A stretch of 28,423 bases of DNA from Spirochaetales bacterium (GTDB taxonomy: Bacteria; Spirochaetota; Spirochaetia; JABEVK01), in assembly GCA_037142615.1 (NCBI GenBank), contig JBAXAI010000043.1, positions 1 through 28,423 of the forward strand, in the 5' to 3' direction. The notes under the pieces were generated by a model. That model ran no database searches, was not told where the DNA came from, and saw nothing but the letters and a program-made list of their open reading frames with translations. The translations under genes and the position numbers were made by a program. This document shows positions 24,437 through 28,423 of the stretch, in pieces (within the stretch, counting starts at the first letter, position 1; the number at the start of each line of letters is the position of its first letter).

Positions 24437-25875
24437 AAAGTGCTCCTTTGATGGGGGGTGGTGTAGCGTTCGGCGAAGGCCTTGAGCGCGTCTTGAAAGC
24501 AGTTTTCCGGCGGTTTGACCAAGCCGGCGCCGACCATGCCGATGCCGGGGGTTTTGTGCGCGATGCCGGTGTTGATCACGGGCAAAATGCCCTTTTCGAC
24601 CACCAGCCGCACGTCGATGGCGGTCGGGGTGCCACGGAAGTCGAGCGCGGGAATCTTGTAATGCTCGCTTTCGGCGAGGGTGATCTCGTACATGCGCTCG
24701 GTGAAGGCGATGGCGTCGGCAGGGGTGCCGCCGACGAACTTGACGATGGCTGGGGCGGCCGCCATGGCAAACCCGCCGATGCCGGCTGTTTCGGTGATCA
24801 CGGAGTCGCCGATGTCGGGGGCCGCGTCGGCGGCGGTGTAGCCGGGAAGGTACAGTCCTTCGACGATGCCTGCGGGACCGGTGAACCAGCGGTCGCCCAA
24901 GCCCGACAGCTGGATGCCGAAGTCGGTGCCGTTGCGCGCCATCGCGATGATGACACTGCTGCCCTCGATGCCCCGGGCCGCGTCAACGACGCATTTGCTG
25001 GCGGGCATCGACAGGTTGAGGAAGAAGTGGTCGTTGCCGTTGAGGAAGTTCAGCACCTTGGCGATGACTTCGCGCGGCCGGTCGAGCAGCACCAAGTGCG
25101 GCGCGAGCTCGCGGATCACCAGCGACGTGCCCGCGCGGTTGCGGTTGTGGCCTTCGTCGCCCATTTGGAGCACCTGCGCCAACAGGCCTCGCAGGTCGAG
25201 GGGCCCGTGGGCGGCCAGAGCCTCGCTCATCACCGGGGCCAAGTCGGTCTCGATCCACTTCAGGCGCTCTTGCACCTCTTCGCCGAATGCGCCGTAGCGC
25301 AGCACCTTGCCCAAGCCTTCGTTGAAGGTGGCGAAGGCCCGGTTGCCGTAGGTCTCATTTTCGAAGATCCACACGGGCATGCGGCTGGTCATGATGCCCG
25401 CCATGGGGCCCACGGCGTTGTGGTGGTGGCAGGGCTCGAAGGTGATTTTGCCCGAAGCGGCCAGCGCCTCGGCTTCCTCCCGGGTCTTGGCCAAGCCTTC
25501 GTAGATCAGGCCTCCGATGACCGCGCCGCGCATCGGGCCGGCCATGCGGTCCCACGTGATGGGTGGGCCGGAATGAAGCACCAGGTGCGAGTGCATACCG
25601 GGAACGACGTCGCGGGCCGTGCCGACACCGATGAGCATCGGTTTGCCCTTGAGGATGCGGCTCACGGCCTCGGCATTTGCCTCCTCGACGTTCACGGTGG
25701 AATGCGCCGCGATTCGGTCGAGCGCGGCAAGCAGGGCCAGGTCGCCACCGGCCGGCGGGCGCCAGTCGACCTGAACCACCGGCACCTCGTGCGCGGCGAG
25801 GGTCTCGCCAAACGAGGCCAGGCCGAGGTTCACCACCTTGAGCGGGCTCTGAAACAGGTTGAGGACGGCGTTCAT
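24433..25875 (-). CDS. yahG: DUF1116 protein (YahG/YlbE(AllG)-like carbamoyltransferase subunit)
   Basis: LHSGPPI, PCHHHNAVGPMAG, NEGLGKVLRYGA, MGDEGHNRN, NDHFFLN, MARNG..FGI, DIGDS.ITET.G.GG, P.INTGIAH; N-terminal VVNLGL..F...DWRPPAGG segment as in YahG. Confidence 0.9.
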   Translation of the reverse strand: MNAVLNLFQSPLKVVNLGLASFGETLAAHEVPVVQVDWRPPAGGDLALLAALDRIAAHSTVNVEEANAEAVSRILKGKPMLIGVGTARDVVPGMHSHLVLHSGPPITWDRMAGPMRGAVIGGLIYEGLAKTREEAEALAASGKITFEPCHHHNAVGPMAGIMTSRMPVWIFENETYGNRAFATFNEGLGKVLRYGAFGEEVQERLKWIETDLAPVMSEALAAHGPLDLRGLLAQVLQMGDEGHNRNRAGTSLVIRELAPHLVLLDRPREVIAKVLNFLNGNDHFFLNLSMPASKCVVDAARGIEGSSVIIAMARNGTDFGIQLSGLGDRWFTGPAGIVEGLYLPGYTAADAAPDIGDSVITETAGIGGFAMAAAPAIVKFVGGTPADAIAFTERMYEITLAESEHYKIPALDFRGTPTAIDVRLVVEKGILPVINTGIAHKTPGIGMVGAGLVKPPENCFQDALKAFAERYTTPHQRSTL

Positions 25876-27422
25876 CGGGTGGTCCCCTTTTCCAGGATTC
25901 TCTTGGCCAGCATCGAGGCCTGGTAGTTCGACGGCATCACGACGACCCCGGCGGCCTCGAGTTTGGCCCTTTGGCCGGCGAGTCCCTGGTAGTCGCCCTC
26001 GGTGCCGGTAATCGAAGCCACGATGGGAAGGTAGCCCCCCCGCTTTTCGGCAGCGGCCTTGGCGGCAATCAGCGACCCGACCAGCGCCCCGGCGGGGTCA
26101 CGGTGCGAGCCGTAGCCGAGAACCACGTCAACGAGCATCACGGCGATCTCGGGGTCGTCTACTTCGGCGTCGATGCGGTCGGTTCGGGTGCTGGGGTCGA
26201 TCATGGGATGAGGTCGGCCGACGGTAAACACGTCGTCACCCAGATCGACCACCGTGTGGCCGACAGATTTCTGCGGATCGGGTGGCACAAAGGCCGGGTC
26301 GGTCTGGTTATTGGACCACACCGCGCCGGTCAGACCGTGCAGGAGCAACCACGCTTCGTCGGCCAGGGTTCCGCCGGTAAAGTACCCGCGGATATACTTT
26401 TGCGTCTTGGAAAGGCGGGCGGCCTCGCGGCTCGCCAGGCGTTCCAGTTCCTGGGCAGACGAGGCCTCGGGCCCGAGTCCCGCCGCCATTCTCGCGGCTT
26501 CTTCCAGATTGCTGGCCCAGCGGATCAGCGGGTGTGCTTTGGCCTTGGGGTCGGGCTTGAGCCCGATGAAATGCACCACCGACGGTTTGCCGGCCTTTTC
26601 GAGCGCGGCAAGCACTTTGTCGGCCACAGCGCGGGCCGGCGGTTTGCTGACGACCACCAAGCTCGTGGTGGCGGGGTCTGCCGCCAGAGCTTCGAGCGCG
26701 GTCAGCATCGTAAGCCCGCCGACTTTCTCGTTCTTGAGGTCGCGGCCGCCGGTGCCGATGGCTTGGCTCACGCCGATGCCGTAGCGGTCGAGCAGGCAGC
26801 TGACTTCCTGCAGGCCCGTGCCAGACGCGGCGACGATGCCCACTTTGCCTCGGCGCACCACATTGGCGAAACACAGCGGCGAACCGTTGACGATGGCCGT
26901 GCCGCAGTCGGGGCCCATGACCAGGAGGCCCTTGGTGCGGGCGAAGGTTTTGAGCTCAATTTCTTCTTCCAACGGCACATTGTCGCTGAACAGCATCACG
27001 TGGAGCCCTTTTTCGAGCGCCTTCCGGGCTTCGCGGGCGGCGTAGGCCCCGGGCAGACTGATCACGACCAGGTTGGTGCCTTCCTGAAGGGCGAGGGCCC
27101 CGGCCAGGTCGCGCGGCTGGGCGGCTTGACCGGCTCCGGTGGCGCGCGGAGCCGCCTTGCGGACGAGCAGCGCCTCGGCGGACTTCACGGCGGTGTCCAT
27201 TCCGGCGTCGTCGGTCTCGAGGGCGATCACCAGGTCATTGGGCCCGGCAAGGGCCAGACGATCGGCGTCGAAACCCGAAGTGGCCAGCAGGTCGCGGTTC
27301 ATCGGGGTGCCCAGCGTGACGGTCGCCTGGGTAACCCCGGCCAGGTCCTGCAGCTCCTTGCTCATCAGCATCAGGAACACGGAATCGTAGTAGGAATCCT
27401 TTTTGACAATGACGTTCTTCAT
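25872..27422 (-). CDS. fdrA: FdrA/YahF-family acyl-CoA-synthetase-like protein (carbamoyltransferase subunit)
   Basis: YYDSVFLM, ISLPGAYAA.EA, MLFSDNV, MGPDCGT, ASGTGLQE, AIGTGGRDL, SKPP, GGTL..EA, DLGDD.FT.GRPHPMIDP, DVVLGYG. Confidence 0.95.
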   Translation of the reverse strand: MKNVIVKKDSYYDSVFLMLMSKELQDLAGVTQATVTLGTPMNRDLLATSGFDADRLALAGPNDLVIALETDDAGMDTAVKSAEALLVRKAAPRATGAGQAAQPRDLAGALALQEGTNLVVISLPGAYAAREARKALEKGLHVMLFSDNVPLEEEIELKTFARTKGLLVMGPDCGTAIVNGSPLCFANVVRRGKVGIVAASGTGLQEVSCLLDRYGIGVSQAIGTGGRDLKNEKVGGLTMLTALEALAADPATTSLVVVSKPPARAVADKVLAALEKAGKPSVVHFIGLKPDPKAKAHPLIRWASNLEEAARMAAGLGPEASSAQELERLASREAARLSKTQKYIRGYFTGGTLADEAWLLLHGLTGAVWSNNQTDPAFVPPDPQKSVGHTVVDLGDDVFTVGRPHPMIDPSTRTDRIDAEVDDPEIAVMLVDVVLGYGSHRDPAGALVGSLIAAKAAAEKRGGYLPIVASITGTEGDYQGLAGQRAKLEAAGVVVMPSNYQASMLAKRILEKGTTR

Positions 27423-27431
27423 GAATACGTC

Positions 27432-27459
27432 AGGATATACCCGATTGTATACAAGTCAA
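27432..27459 (-). promoter_or_regulatory. Operon promoter with GntR-type operator TTGTATACAA (27445-27454)
   Basis: TTGACT-16 bp-TATCCT on the minus strand, 9 nt before the fdrA ATG; a perfect 10-bp palindrome abuts the -35 box. Confidence 0.75.
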
Positions 27460-27490
27460 GAGAAATGTTGAGCCCTATGAATTGGGGGCC

Positions 27491-28219
27491 TCAGCCGAGG
27501 GGAACGCCGTAGGTTCGCTCCAAGACCGCTGGGACAAGAACCTCGGCGGCCGGCCCGCTGGCGATCACCTTGCCCCCGCTCAGCGCAAAGGCGGTGTCGG
27601 CCACCAACCTGGCAAAACCCAGGTCGTGCGTTGACAGCAGAATCCCGCGACCGCTGGTAGCCAGTTGGCGCAGAGCGCTGCCCACCGCCCTCACGTGGGC
27701 CGGGTCGAGCATGGCCGTGGGCTCGTCGAGCAGCAGCCACGGCGCGTCTTGAACCACGCAGCGCACGAGCCGCACCAACTGGAGTTCGCCCAGCGACACC
27801 TCGGTGACGGGGCGGGTTTCGAGCGCCTCGAGCCCCAAGTCGGCAAAGGCCCGCCGGGCTGCGTCGGCATCGTCGGCGCTGGCGAACGAAAAGGGAGCCC
27901 GGCGGTGCGCCGAGCCAAACAGGGCAAACTCCAGGCAAGTGAACGCGAAGGGGACCCGCTCGGCCTGTGGCAAGAACGCCAGCGTCCGGGCCCGCTGCTG
28001 GTCGGTCAACGACGCCAGTGCCCTCCCGTCGGCGTGGGCTTCGCCCCGGGCGGGGCTCAGGCGTCCGCAGGCCAGCGACAGCAAGGTTGATTTGCCGCTG
28101 CCGTTGGCTCCCAGCAAAACGGTCACCTGGCCGGCTTCCACGGTCAGTGAAATGTCTTCGAGCACGTTGCGGGTCGAAGTGGCGTAGCGGAAGCTGACGC
28201 CGTGCAGGTTGAGGCTCAC
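27491..28219 (-). CDS. Iron-siderophore/cobalamin-type ABC importer ATP-binding subunit
   Basis: GANGSGKST, AFLPQ, LLLDEPT.MLD, STHDL; GTG start at 28219 overlapping the permease stop. Confidence 0.9.
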   Translation of the reverse strand: MSLNLHGVSFRYATSTRNVLEDISLTVEAGQVTVLLGANGSGKSTLLSLACGRLSPARGEAHADGRALASLTDQQRARTLAFLPQAERVPFAFTCLEFALFGSAHRRAPFSFASADDADAARRAFADLGLEALETRPVTEVSLGELQLVRLVRCVVQDAPWLLLDEPTAMLDPAHVRAVGSALRQLATSGRGILLSTHDLGFARLVADTAFALSGGKVIASGPAAEVLVPAVLERTYGVPLG

Positions 28220-28423
28220 CGTTCGATCCGTCCCCGGGCCAGGAACCCGACAAAGGCCAGCGCCCCGAAAGCCGACACCGCCGCGCCCAGCGGCAACTCG
28301 CCGGCGAAGCTCGCCCGGGCCGCCACGTCGCACAAGGCCAAAAAGCCGGCTCCCAGCAGCATCGACGCCGGGACCGAGAACCGGGCTTGGGGACCCACCA
28401 GCGCCCGGGCCGCGTGGGGTACC
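28216..28423 (-). CDS. FecCD/BtuC-family ABC permease, C-terminal part (runs off the window)
   Basis: VPHAARALVG, P.SMLLGA.FL..CD..AR, ELPLG motifs. Confidence 0.9.
   Translation of the reverse strand, partial: VPHAARALVGPQARFSVPASMLLGAGFLALCDVAARASFAGELPLGAAVSAFGALAFVGFLARGRIER

Overview
GC-rich bacterial chromosomal window. The short ~600-aa AlaRS, the Rpn nuclease and the caspase-like remnant suggest a free-living spirochaete (inference only). The plus-strand left half encodes an ABC-2 exporter (ATPase broken at the window edge plus two permeases), a YfcC-family transporter with a DUF2817/M14-like peptidase, a receiver protein with a PAS-PAS histidine kinase, an MBL-fold hydrolase and a rubrerythrin-like protein. 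A ~2.6-kb accessory patch follows: truncated caspase-like gene, orphan FitA-like antitoxin, Rpn/PD-(D/E)XK nuclease with a probable internal RpnS start, a coupled 70-aa ORF, and highly structured MITE/REP-like repeats. Then come alaS-tauE and a bidirectional terminator. The minus-strand right half holds uraA with its own promoter and a tightly coupled 12-gene catabolic operon: FdrA/YahF, DUF1116/YahG, cyclase-family amidohydrolase, GNAT-like protein, thiolase-fold protein lacking its catalytic Cys, DUF35 Zn-ribbon/OB protein, GntR, DUF2877, carbamate kinase and a three-subunit xanthine-dehydrogenase-family Mo hydroxylase. Its promoter carries a perfect TTGTATACAA GntR-type box. This operon is the best candidate for an undescribed system: an energy-conserving pathway for a ureide/N-heterocycle, possibly oxidative pyrimidine breakdown via barbiturate/ureidomalonate. 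The window ends in an iron/cobalamin-type ABC importer.
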